64,000 nucleotides of DNA from Azolla caroliniana (lineage: Eukaryota; Plantae; Polypodiophyta): assembly GCA_043228905.1 (NCBI GenBank), contig JBHGNT010000020.1, positions 2,666,001 through 2,730,000 on the forward strand, in the 5' to 3' direction. The notes under the pieces are model-generated. The model was not told the DNA's origin. It worked only from the letters and a program-made list of their open reading frames with translations, and did not search any database. Below are positions 46,825 to 59,862 of the stretch, piece after piece. Each line of letters begins with the position of its first letter. Within the stretch, counting starts at the first letter, position 1. A program made the position numbers and the translations under genes.

Positions 46825-48594
46825 TATCAGATTCGTGCGTTTATACTTTTAAGAATTAACGGAAATGAGGAAATTTAATAATTTTCATTAACAAAGGAAA
46901 AGAAATTACAATATGTCCCAAGATTGGGATTCATAAGTTTTAGGTATACTGAGATTAATAGAAAAGAAAAATTAGGGGTTTTGAGAGATATGGCTTCCGT
47001 AGGGAAAATTAGGGTTTATGGCTTCCGTAAGGAAAAATTAGGGTTTTTGAGTGTTATGGCTTCGATAAGATAAGGGAGCTAAGAAGGAAAAGAAAATAAA
47101 AATTGGAGAGAGGATTCGTGTAGGAAAAAAAATGGAATATATATGGAGTTCTCTGTTGATCATAGCCCTCAATGTTACTTTGCATGCCCACTTTTGGTTG
47201 CATGGCCTCTACTTTTAGTTGCATCCATTTTTAGTTGCTTGCCTTTTTCTTTTAGTTGCATGCGACCGTCCACATGGCCTTTACTTTAGTTTTCTTTACT
47301 TTACTTTAATTTGCTGCATGATCCAATAATCCGTAAAGTTTAGCCCATGCTTTGATCAGTCTGGTTCGCGTCCGTCCAGTCTGGTTCTGTTTTAATTATC
47401 GACCGGTTCCGATTTGCTTATCGATCGGTTCCGATTTGGTTTCCGACTTACCGGCCGATTCCGATTTGCTTTCAGGCCGGTTCTAGTTTGCTTATCGGTC
47501 AGTTCCGGTTTGCTTTCCGACCGGTTCCGATTTGCTTTCCGATTGGTTCTGATTTGGTTTTCAGCTGGTTTCGATTTGCTTACCAATTGGTTCCAATTTG
47601 GTTTCCAGCTTACCGGCCAGTTCCGGTTTACATTACCGACTTGTTCCATTTTATTGCTAGTCGAGTTTTGGGAACTTGGCCACATTCATCTATCTAGACA
47701 AAGTGGCCAAAGTGCTCTTAGCACAAATGAAAAATAAGGGATCTCAATGTGATTATACAGCCAGGGCCTTAAATTTCCTATATATGTGGGATAAATTATA
47801 GTTCTATTTTCCCTAGCTTCTCAAACTTTATGTTTTCATAACTTGATAAGTAGTTGTCCATTTCGTATCTAGTAAAATGCGTTTTGAAGCTCTTGAGTAC
47901 ATCCATATTTTTATAAGAAGCTACTAATCTAATCTAAAATAATTATTTCACTACTTTTTTTACATAGTGTGTGAAGATTCACACGACATTCGCCCCCACC
48001 AAACCTGCACATCCACCGGTATGTGCCAATTTTGGTGAGGCTCCAGTAAATTTGATTACTATACTTTCCCATCGATGTACCCGAATTGCCATTGCCATCG
48101 GATCCACCATATTCTTCATCCACTCTTTGCATTTCCATGATCAATTGCCATGGCTCTCGTTGCTCCTCAAGAGCATAATGCTTCACTCCTTATGCATGTG
48201 CCACCTTCATCTCGACCATCTCCTTGGTCATCTAATTTTCTTTTATGATCCTTTCTTGTTCCATGCATGCCTTTCAAAGGCCTTATCGAAATACTATTGT
48301 TGAGTCATCTTAGTGGTTCATTCTTCAACTGCATGCTCCTTCATTCTTCAACTGCATTGTTTCTTTGCAAGACGAGAAGGCGTCATGTTCCACACCTTCT
48401 CCCGTGGTGTTGTCGTACTGAACTTGGGCCTTTGTATTGGTCGTATCATTACTCCACCTTTGTTGGGAAGTCTCTTCTTCCTTGATAACCATTTTAATCA
48501 GTTTTGTTCCATTATAAGATTCTCTTTGGCCTCGACTTGCACCTTTAAATTCTCATATGCCTCGTTTATGAAGGCCTCTATGTCGAGTACCATT
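46825..48594 (-). mobile_element. Element K: 3' LTR (~46825-47988) and 3' interior of an A-like element, interrupted by E
   Basis: CACGACA at 47982-47988 followed by the same PPT and hairpin as A; LDIEAFINEAYENLKVQVE resembles A LDVETLVREAYEVLKVMVE; left LTR edge uncertain. Confidence 0.7.
47398..47648. repeat. Degenerate minisatellite, ~11 copies of a 21-22-bp unit (CCGGTTCCGATTTGCTT core) in the K LTR
   Basis: Directly visible repeats. Confidence 0.85.
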
Positions 48595-48700
48595 TGTCAG
48601 GAATAGTACTAAAACAGAGAGAGAATTAGTACTGGAGAAGGGAAGTACTATTAGTACGAAGAGGATGGGACTGTGTAAGACTCCCGAGAGAGGGAGAGAG

Positions 48701-48743
<43 letters not shown>

Positions 48744-51700
48744 GATAACAGATGATATATTATATGAAGAGTAAGTACAAAATGGCTATGAGGCTTAAGA
48801 CTGGCGTTGAACCCATTTGGTTCAACATAATGCCTTGTGCCTCCTTTTATAGTATTCTCAGGAGGAGTCCTTAAGCTTCTAGAATGTTCCAGAGAAATCT
48901 GGAATATACATTAATTTCCTATAATAAAACTAAAATGAAAATAATATTCTATGTATTACAATAGATAGTATAATGGTCAAGAGCTCGACCCATATAACAT
49001 AAGGTCATGGGTTCGAGTTTTGCCATATCATGAAACTATCCCCCCCTTAAGACAACGAGTGTAACGAGTCATCACTGATTGAGGACCGGGTTTGTACTGT
49101 GTCGTGAAGAAAACCGTCCACAAGCGGAATCGGTGCACCGGAGCGTAGGAACCGGCTCTTCATGCACGAACGCCTTATGTTGTACATAAGAGAGAATTAG
49201 GTACATAGAAGATCCTAGGTAGGTAGATTCGGTAGGTAGGAAGTTAATGGGAAACGGCTCCTTTCTTTGCCTATAAAAGGAGGGAGGCAGGGAGGAGAAA
49301 GAGGGGGATCGCGATTAGAGAGGACGAAGTGCTGTCGGGTTGTCGGCCGAAGGCTTCTCTCTCTTCCATACTCCGTAGCTTCTTTCTGTGCAGGTTTTCG
49401 GGAGGCTCGCGCTGCTCTGATGAATGTCTGAGTGCTGCCAGCAGCACCTCCAACCTACTCCCTTCTTTCTAAGCGTTTACGAACAGGCATCGGCATCTGT
49501 TCGCCGGCCTGTTCGGTTGTAACCGACTTCGTGCTTCTTGTGGTTTGTCCTTGTTAATATACAGATACATACATTCAGGTCTCTCTGCGTCGGTGTCCCA
49601 CTCGCGTCTTTGTGTCGAAGGGTCGTGCCCCTGTGAATCTACGCCCACACGTAGTGGGTCCCTTCCCTTCTCCCTTGTCTCTTGCTCTTCGGTACAAGAC
49701 CCCCGAGGCCCCGGCTCATTCCACGCATCCGCGAGTAATACCTCGACATCTTGGTGAACCCGACGTGAAAGAGGCGGCATAAGAGCAGAAGATGAAGGGG
49801 GCGGATCTTGCGGAGGCCATGGCTTCGGCCGTGGATCGGATATTGAGCACACGCGAGGGCACCGGCGCCCTCGACAGAGCCATTGAGGTGGTCGTCGGTA
49901 CGATTGGCCGGTTCAGCGGAAAGGATGCCACGAAGTATTTGGCGTCCTACGGGGCAGAAATGCTGATGCGGGACATTCCGGAAGAGAGGCGTCTTGCCGG
50001 TTTCCCTCGAGTGGCGATGCCGAGCATCCATGCGGAGGTGCTCGAGGTACGGGCGGAGAGCCGTACCTGGGAGGAGTTTGAAGGCTGACTCCTAGAAAAA
50101 TACGGGCTGGACGACGCGCTCCGGCTTTCGAAACAGGACTTCATGGAATGGGTGGAGTCCCCCGGCAAGGGAAGAAACGCGTCGGCACTCCTCCGGGAGT
50201 TTGAGGAACGCTTTGCGCGCCTTTCGGCGCTTGACCGAACCGTTCTGGATACGAGCCGGGTCCTACTGTTCGTCAAGTCGGTAGACGAGAGGGACCGGGA
50301 TCAAGTCGGCTCCTTGCTAGAAACCGAAGACGGGCTGACGACCGACTGGGCTGCGGTTAAGAGAGTCTGTGGCCGTTTCGACAAACGGCGAGAATGGGCT
50401 GACAACGGGGCGACCGGAGCGGGCTCTGTCACAGCAAGGAGGCTTGAACCGGCACCGCAAGGGCGAAGGGCAGAAACCCGGGAGTGGCTCGAAACCGGAC
50501 CAGCTCCGACCGGCATGGTCAATGACTCGTCCGGAGGAGCAGCGCTGGAGGAGTTGACGCGGGCGATAAAGGATCTCCAGATCGCCCAGACTCGAAGGGA
50601 AGGCGGCGAACCGACTCGTGACCGACGGCCGGCAGCAGGGAACAGGTGCATGTGGTGCGACGAGGTCGGTCACATTCGGAAGGACTGCGGCGATTTCGCA
50701 GAGGCGTTGAGGAACCGGGTGGTGTACCTATGGGAAGGCCGGGTGCATGCCGGCGATACCAGAAGGGCCCTAAACCGGAACGACGGGCGAGGAGGTATGA
50801 AGAGACTGATGGAAGAGGTAGTGGCCCGACACGTGGAGGCCATCCACTACTCGGCGTCGGCCGGTATTCGGGTCGGGGGCAGCGAGGCCCGAAAGGAGAG
50901 CAAAGACGGATTCTGGTCGGCAATGCTGGAAGGCCTCGCCGACGCACGGCTGAGGAAAGATGAAGCGGACTGCGCTGAGAGACGGGTCCTGGAAATAACC
51001 GGGTGGAGCGACCCGGTCGAGGAGAAGACGGGCTTCGTAGAAGCCGCCTGCCGGAACTACGAGGCTCTGGTAGAAGACAAGCGAGTGGGGAAAGCCGGAG
51101 CGGCCGGGCCCTCGCAACGATACGAGACCCGATTCGGGCAACGACGGAACGAAGCCGGTGGGTCCAGCGCGCAAGATAACCCTAGGAAGGGCGGATACCG
51201 ACTGGGGACGGAAATAGAAAGGACCACGGACCTACGAAAGGTCCTAGAAGAACGGATCCTCGACAGCAAAGTGGAGCTGTCATTGCGGGAGGTGCTAGGG
51301 ATCGCCAAGAAGGAGTTCCACGACTCCATTGTGGACTTGGTAAAGCGGAAGAGGTTGTCGACGGAGACAGAACCGGAAGGACCGGTGGAGGTGCGGACGA
51401 TGCACATCGACGACATGGCACTGGAAGATAAGTGGGCGGAGAGCCACTATTCGAGGCCACACTGGGTCCGAGCGACCACGGAGACCTTGGTGAAGATCGG
51501 AGATGTTCAGGAGCCGGTGGTGGCACTGGTGGACAACGGTTCGGAAATAAACCTGATGTCCATGGACTTCTATAAGAAGGGAAAGTGGCCGATCAACACC
51601 AAGCACGGGTGGAAGATACGGGCGGCGACGCGCGCCACCGAGGAACTGCACGGGGCCTGCCCGAACGTGCGAGTCAAGATCAGCGACGTTGAGATTGACC

Positions 51701-54700
51701 AACACTTCTTCGTGCAGGAGACGTCCTCGCACCCGGTCATATTAGGGGAACCATACATCACGGCGGCGTGGATGGAGACCAAGGTGCTAGACAACGGTTC
51801 GGCCTACGCGAGGGTCAAAAGCCAGGATGGGCGCCATTCGGTCCAATTTCTTACGGTGCGACCGAACCACAAGAGAAACCGCGAATCCCTCGGTGGCGAG
51901 AACCGGGAGGATTTTTAGAGAGGGCTGCCAAGGCGTGGGGCCGAGACAGTCCGGACACTCGGGAAAGACCCCACAACTGTACGATAGAACCGAAACCGAA
52001 GAAACCTTGTATGATAGGTAGAATTTTTTTTTTCTCCAACAACGGTGGGTGTATGATAGTCGGCATCGTTGGTCAAGAAAAGGCAAGGGCGGAGGAGCGA
52101 CTTCGAGCGTGCGGAGTTCTCGGCCCGGACGAGGAAATCAGCGGAGCTGTGGAGGCGGTCCCCTTCGACGACACCTTGGGGATGCTGGGGGAGGTAGCCA
52201 GAGAAGACCTTAACGAAGACCGGACGATACCGGTATGTTCCGAAGAGATGTACGAAGTCATCGCGAACTTCAGTCAGGGGCTCGGGTCGGATCAGACGGC
52301 CCGGGTTAGCACAAAGTACAAGACTGTGGACCGGAAGGTAAGGCCAGTCGCGGCACCCTTACCGGAGGGCCGCGAGTCCCGGATCAGAGGGGTTGCGTCG
52401 GACCCTAGTTTGCGAGATCCGGTCTGCATAGGACACACCTTCACCGACGGGATGCTCCGGGAGCTCAAAATCGGTGGGGGCGGGTTCCTACTGCCGGCGG
52501 AGGAAGACCGGTTTCGGAGAATGCTCGGAAGGCACGGGAAAGCCTTCGCGTTCTCACCGGAAGAGATCGGGTGCGTAGACCCGACAATCGTGGAGCCGAT
52601 GGTGATATTCATGGTACCGTATGTACCGTGGAATCTCAAGCTGATTCCGGTACTGAGAGCTCACATCCCGAAGTTGATGGAGCTATTCAGGCAGAAAGTC
52701 GATATGGGCATTCTCGAACCGTCAAGTGCCCCATACTCGAACCGATGGTTTACCGTACCAAAGAAAAACGGAACATTGCGCTTCATTCAAGACCTGCAAC
52801 CGGTCAACAGAGTGACCATTCGGAACGCAGGAATCGGACCGACCATAGACGAGTTCGCGGAGGCCTTCGCCGGAAGGTCGATTTACTCGGTCGGTGACCT
52901 GTACTCGGGGTACGACTAGTTCCAGCTATCCGTGGAGAGCAGAGACATTACGACGATGCGAACTCCCCTCGGCCTAGTGCGAATGTGTACCCTGCCACAA
53001 GGAGGGACCAACTCGGTGGCCCACATGGTGAATGCAATGAACAAGGTACTGAGGGATTGCATCCCGGACATCACCGTGCCATTTCTAGACGACATCCCGA
53101 TCAAGGGGTGCCCGGTGGAAGAGAAGGACGAGACACTCGGGCCGGACGGATGCCGGCGATTCGTGGCAACACACATCGACGACTGCGAGAGGGTGCTACA
53201 AAGGCTAGAAGATGCGAGGCTCACCTTCTTCGGGGAGAAATCGGCCTTCGGGCAATCAGAAATCCTGGTGGTCGGACACCTATGTGGACCATATGGCCGG
53301 AAGCCGTCTCCGGCAAAGGTAGAAGCCATCTCCGCGATGAAGACCGACTGTAGCTCGGTTACAGAAGTTCGGAGGTTCCTGGGGGCATGCGCATTCTACC
53401 ACATATGGATCCCGCATTACGCCCACGTTGCGGAGCCGCTATACGGGTTGTTGAAGAAGGGGCGAAAATTCGAGTGGTGAGACAAGTACACAGAGTCGAT
53501 CCGGAAGCTGAAGGAAGCTCTCGCAGCAGCACCGGCACTCCAGAAGGCTGTCTACGAGAAGGGTACCCCGGTATACATAACGGTGGATATGAGTCCGACC
53601 GAGATCGGATGGGTCGTCAACCAAGAAGACAACGACGGCATTCGGTTCCCGATCCGATTCGGCGCAAAGGTCCTCAGTGAGCGACAGCGAGGGTACGCCC
53701 AGGTTAAACGCGAACTCTGGTGTATCATTTCGGCAGTAAAGGCCGACAAAGACTACCTGATCGGGACAAAAGTGATTATCGAGACGGATTGCCTGCCAAT
53801 TCTCGGCATGGTTTCCGGATACGCGACACCGGACCTGGCGATGCTCAGGTGGATAGCGTACATCAAGTCCCTGGACCCGGAAATACGACACATTTCCGGA
53901 AAGGACAACGCCATGGCCGACATGCTTTCGAGGGAGAGGTTTGATGACGAGGGCGGCATGGTTTCGGAGGACGAAGAAGTCGGCGTGGACTTCTTCGAGG
54001 TGGCGTACGTGACGACCGATGGGGCGAGCACTCCGGCACTTAACGGCTTCGACGAGAGCAAGTACGACGGCGAGTGGCTACAGATCGGTGGTTTTTTGAG
54101 GACAATGACCCCAGATGCGTCATGGACGAGGGACGAGGCCAACCGGATCCGGAAGAAAGCATACCGATTCTTTCTCCGGGACGGATACTTATGGAAGCAC
54201 CCGAAGAAAAGGAACGGCGTCCCGCTCCGGGTGGTGGCGATGAAGGATGAACAGGAGGAGCTGCTGACGGCCTACCACGACAGCCCTTGGGCTGGACACC
54301 GTGGAACGTGGGCCACGTTTGAGAAGATAAAGGGGAAGTACTGGTGGCCGGGACTGTACCGGGACGTGCATCGGTTCGTGACAACTTGCAAGAGCTCTCA
54401 GATGCACTCCATAGTCCGACATCGGGACGAGCTTCACCCTACATACCCTCCGACCATCCACTTCAAATGGATGGTAGATCTGGTGACGATGCCGATGGGA
54501 GTAGGACAGATGCGGTATCTGGTCCTGGCTCGGGAAGATCTGACGAACCAGGTGGAAGGCTGAGCCCTTCAGAACAAAACGACCGCGGCCGTATGTCGGT
54601 TCCTGATCGAGGACGTGATATGCCGGTACGGGTGCGTCGGGAAGATCGTGGCTGATCGCGGGGAGTTGGACGCCGAAGAGGCCGAGGAGCTGTTCGACCG

Positions 54701-57700
54701 GCTAGAATCAAGCTCTCGCTTACCACTGCGTACAATCCGGAGGCCAATGGGAAGGTGGAGCGCGGACACGGACCGATCGTCAAGGCGTTAGTTCGGGCAT
54801 GCGGAGGTCAAGTCGGGAACTCGCCGCGGCTGCCTCCTTACGCGTTGTGGGCTAACCGAACTACGCATAGTTCGGTAACCGGATTCATGCCGGCCGAGCT
54901 CATGTTTGGGCAGAAGCCGATCATGCCGATGGAACGTACGATCTCCTCATGGGCAACTGTGGACTGGAGAGACGAGATGAGCCGGGAGGAACTGTTGGCG
55001 GCGCGCATACGACAGCTCGAGCGAAGACCGGAGGACGTGGAGCAGGCTGCGGGAAAGCTTCGGGTGGCAAGGACGAGGAACAAAGCCCGGTTCGACCGGA
55101 CGCACCGGCTCCAACCAAAGAAGATCGAGGAAGGCGACTAGGTGCTAGTCTACGACAGTAGCCTCGACAACCAGCACCGAGCAACACGGAAGTTCGCAAG
55201 AAGGTGGTTCGGGCCTTACGTGGTACAAAGCGCCAACGACAACGGGACGTACCATCTGGCGGAACTCGACGGCACGAGAATGGCGATACCGGTAGCTGGG
55301 AAGCGGATCAAAGCGTTCAAGAAGCGTCACGACGACGAGCCGGATCCGGTTAACCTGGACAGCGACGACGAACGATTCGAAACCGAGGAAGAACCGACGG
55401 GCGGGGAATGAAGGTTGGACCGGTTTTCTCTGTCCCAACTCAATTTGGCGCATGCCGGTGGATGCGCGGTTAGGAGGGGGCGGATGCCGTGAAGAAAACC
55501 GTCCACAAGCGGAATCGGTGCACCGGAGCGTAGGAACCGGCTCTTCATGCACGAACGCCTTATGTTGTACATAAGAGAGAATTAGGTACATAAAAGATCC
55601 TAGGTAGGTAGATTCGGTAGGTAGGAAGTTAATGGGAAACGGCTCCTTTCTTTGCCTATAAAAGGAGGGAGGCGGGGAGGAGAAAGAGGGGGATCGCGAT
55701 TAGAGAGGACGAAGTGCTGTCGGGTTGTCGGCCGAAGGCTTCTCTCTCTTCCATACTCCGTAGCTTCTTTCTGTGCAGGTTTTCGGGAGGCTCGTGCTGC
55801 TCTGAGGAATGCCCGAGTGCTTCCGGCAGCACCTCCAACCTACTCCCTTCTTTCTGAGCGTTTACGAACAGGCATCGGCATCTGTTCGCCGGCCTGTTCG
55901 GTTGTAACCGACTTCGTGCTTCTTGTGGTTTGTCCTTGTTAATATACAGATACATACATTCGTGTCTCTCTGCGTCAGTGTCCCACTCGCGTCTTTGTGT
56001 CGAAGGGCCGTGCCCCTGTGAATCTACGCCCACACGTAGTGGGTCCCTTCCCTTCTCCCTTGTCTCTTGCTCTTCGGTACAAGACCCCCGAGGCCCCGCC
56101 TCATTCCACGCATCCGCGAAGAATACCTCGACAACGGATACTGTCGGTGGAAATCAGCAAGAAGATCCTAAGCATTGGCGACATGCTCGACGGGTTACCA
56201 AGTATGTTCGCTAGGACTATAGCCAAGCCAATCGCTCAAATAATAAAGTTTGTTGCGAACAAATTTGGAGTTGAGGACGATAGTAACTTCATACTTCGGG
56301 CCGACGTCTAACTCAAGCAGGGGCGGCGGCGGTGTAACACGATCGGGAATAGTGTTGGCTTTATAAGGTTCAAGAAGAGAACTATGGAAGATCAGATGTC
56401 TCTAAAAATGCAAAGGAAGATCAAGGCGGAATGTGACATCGTTAACCTTACTGGTAATACGGAAAGGACCGAGTCGCCGATAATCCAACTTGTCGCACGA
56501 TCGAGTAGTCTTGATGTGATGACGTAAGAGCCATACTCGATCTCTGATGGCAAAAGAGGAGGGAAGCCGATGACGATCCGCATAAGTCTTCTGTGTGTTG
56601 AGCATGACGAAGATGAGTAGAGAGATCGATCTGGATCTTGCGTAGCCTCTCCAAATGATCCTCGGCATGAGGATTGGTAGGTAGCTCCGGGGTGTCGATC
56701 ACAGACCAACGAGGATGAGAACCAGTATAAGCATAAAATGAGGAGACTTGAGTCGAGAAGTGAATAGCGTTATTATAAGCAAACTCCGCAAAGTGGAGAA
56801 TATCAGCCCAATCGTCCTACTGATAACTCAGAAAACACCGGAGGTATTGTTCCAGCGTTTGATTTGTTCATTCCACCTGCCCATCGGTCTGGGGATGGTA
56901 GCCGGAGGAGAGGTTACAAGAGACCTTGAGCATCTTGAAGAGATGCTTCCAAAATTTGGAGACGAATTGAGGTCCTCGGTCACTGATGATACTGTCTGGG
57001 AGGCCATGATGCCGAAATACCTCACGCATGACAAGGGCGGCGGTTTCCTCACTAGTGATGGCCTTAGTACATGGCACAAAATGTGCCATCTTAGTACATC
57101 GATCAACGAAGGTTAAGATAGCATCGAAACCCTTCGAGACCGGCAGATCTGTGATAAAATCAAGACAGATAGACTGTCACGGCTTGGAATCGGTAAGGGT
57201 TCCAACAAGCCATATGGATGATGTCGTGGCATCTTTGCTCGATAGCAAGCATCACAGGTCCGAATGTAGTCGTCAACAAAACGTCGCATATGGGGCCACC
57301 AAAAAGATCGTTGAACTAGATCCAACGTCTTCGTACTACCGAAATGTCCTGATGTATGGGTGTCGTGACAATTTTGGACGATTTGAAGGCGAAGGAGCAA
57401 TCGGGAACATATACGAGCTTTTTAAAGAACAATAAACCATCATGATATTCGAATTGTCGGTAGTCCATACCTGGTTGTTGAGACTAGGAACATGATGCCC
57501 AAGACGTATCAATGTGCGCTAGAATGGCTTGAGCAAAACTGTCCATCTTTAAGTTAGCACGTACGGCATCGATAATCCGGGAATCTCGTGGAGTGTGAAA
57601 AATCCGCGTTGTGTGCAAATGTGCTGGTCCCAAGATTACTTGCTTTTGATTATCAAACGCTGGATCACCAGGACGAGGTGCAAGATATGAACGCCACGAT

Positions 57701-59862
57701 AGTGCATCTACTTTTCCTTGTTGCTTCCCTGGTCGATATGTGATTTTAAAGTCAAAATGTGTGAGGAATTGGGCCCACTGAGCTTGCCGTCGATTTAGTA
57801 CATGAGCGTTCTGGAAATAAGCAAGATTTTTGTGATCACTAAAGACGATGACCTGATGTGGAGAGCCCTCTAAGAAGTGCCATCATTGCACAAATGAATC
57901 CACGATGGCTAATAACTCCTTGTCATGTATCTCGTAGTTGATTTCCGCGGCATCAAATTTGTGCGAATGGAAATCCACAAGATGTAACTCTTCTTTATCT
58001 CCTTGTTGAGAAAGGATGCTACCGAGGGCGAAATCCGATGCATCGGCCTCCAATCTATGTCGATACCAGACTTCTTTTGTTCTCCAATCTATGTTTGGAT
58101 TATGTAATTCAAACCAAGGTAATCCCAGAACAATGGGATGCTCTGGACTACTAATTATATTAAATGATACCACACACACAAAACAACTTAGGACAACCTG
58201 AATGGGTTCTGACTCTTCTACAATATTCCCAGAAGCAATGGGACGACCATCAATGACTACTATAGATGTGGGGCAAGGAAGTTTTCTTAAGGATATCTAA
58301 GAAGCTTGGGAAAAATTTCGATCCATGAAACAGGAATTGGCTCCGGAATCTAAAAGTGCTAGGACATGTACTGGAGGAGTACTTTTAGTACTAACCATGA
58401 CTTGGGCTAAGAACACATTGCTAACTTGCTTAGAGGGAATGGAACCACTAATGGGTTGTATAGATCTAGGGCTGTCCAACCAAATGACTCCTATTTTGGT
58501 TGGACTCAGTCGTTTAACTCTTCTTCTAATTGACTAAGGATTTTAAATTTGTTTGATATACTTGGGCTATTAGTACTATTAATACTATCAGACACTCCTA
58601 AGGGAAGAATTGATTCGGGTTTAATATAGGCTACGATTTGATTTACCTGTCTTCTTGGCCTATGGGGATAGTTGATTGCGATATGCCCTGGTCCACCACA
58701 ATAAAGACATAATCGATTTGCACATTGTCGTTGCTTTTCTTCTTCCGATAACGGGCCACGTCGACGCATGGTGTCGATCTCCATCGGTGTCAGAGTATTT
58801 TCTTGAGATACGTCTCGTGCAAACGGTTTAGCCGCGACTGAGGCGTATGTGGGCTCCGGCCTAGGGCGTGGTATTTGTAATTGACGTTTAGAACACCGTT
58901 CGAAAAGGCGGTTGTCGCATCTGACTGCTCGATTGATTGCCTCTATAAGAGACTTTGGTTCTTCGGGGAAGGTTAAGAGTAAATCTTTGACATCGTTTTG
59001 CAGGCCATAGCGAAACTGCTCCATTAGTGCCTGATCATCCCAAGGGATATCTGAGGCGAGTAGACAGAAATCCGTTGCGTAGGCAGAGGCTGGACGATCA
59101 CCTTGACGTAATCGTCGGATTTTGTTGATCGCCGTCCTGATGCTGTCAGTATCTCCAAAGCAGGCTTTAAACTCGCTAATAAAGTCTTCAAAGTTATTAA
59201 GCAAGGCGATTGCTTTTCTAGAAGTGGAGCGAACCATGCCAAGGCTGAGCCCCTAAGCAACGTGCCTATTAGGCCGATTCGGGATGCATTCGTGGGGTAT
59301 CGGGAAGGATGCATTTGAATGACTAAGCGTACCTGATTAAGAAATCCCCTGAATTGCGATCGTGTTCCATCGAATTTCACAGGAAGTCCAATCTTGGGCT
59401 CTTTATGAAATCCTTGGGGACTTGATCCTTGTTGTTACAACGCTATGATGGTTGCTTCGAGTTGTTGTACACGTAACGCTAACTCCCCATGTTGTTGCTA
59501 CGTTTGCTATTTTTCTAGAGCGATTTGTTGAAGATCCCCTAACAATCGTTGGTTTTCTTGTTCCAAGGCAACAAATTTTTCTTTTAGACCCTGTAGCTCG
59601 GAGAAAACGGATTGATATTCTTGGGCACTAACAGTAGCCATAGTATTGGAAAAAAGGGGTAAGAGGATGAGGGAAACCGAAAAGAAGAGTAGAGGAAAAT
59701 TGGTTCAAACTGTCAGGAATAGTATTAAAACAGAGAGAGAATTAGTACTGGAGAAAGGAAGTACTATTAGTACTAAGAGGACGGGACTACGTAAGACTCT
59801 CGAGAGAGGGAGAGAGAAGAGAAGAGAAGAGAGAGAGAGAAAGAAAGAAAGAAAGATATATT
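48595..59862 (-). mobile_element. Element E: Tcn1-like chromovirus with RT deleted; 3' LTR 48595-49035, 5' LTR 59711-59862 (cut by copia F); chromodomain region split by G
   Basis: Both LTR pieces start TGTCAGGAATAGTA on +; gag KFDGTRSQFRGF, CLYCGGPGH; LLDSGANS; WFELHNPNIDW joined to EADASDFALG at ~58055; DRGPQF; PPT AAGGGGGGAT. Confidence 0.9.
49100..56133 (+). mobile_element. Element G: full-length non-chromoviral Ty3/gypsy; LTRs 49100-49748 and 55485-56133; tRNA-Trp PBS; TSD ACTG/ACGG
   Basis: 649-bp LTRs (~17 differences by eye); PBS TGGTGAACCCGACGTGAA 49752-49769; gag-PR 49792-51918 (CMWCDEVGHIRKDC, VDNGSE); RT/RH/INT to 55411 (DLYSGYD, FLDDIP, ETDCLP, WFGPY) with several stops; PPT AGGAGGGGGCGGA. 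Confidence 0.95.

Noticed and set aside
46970-47050. Telomeric repeats (TTAGGGTTT; also ACCCTAA near 41015 and 43580)
   Set aside because: Isolated telo-box-like motifs inside LTRs, not arrays.
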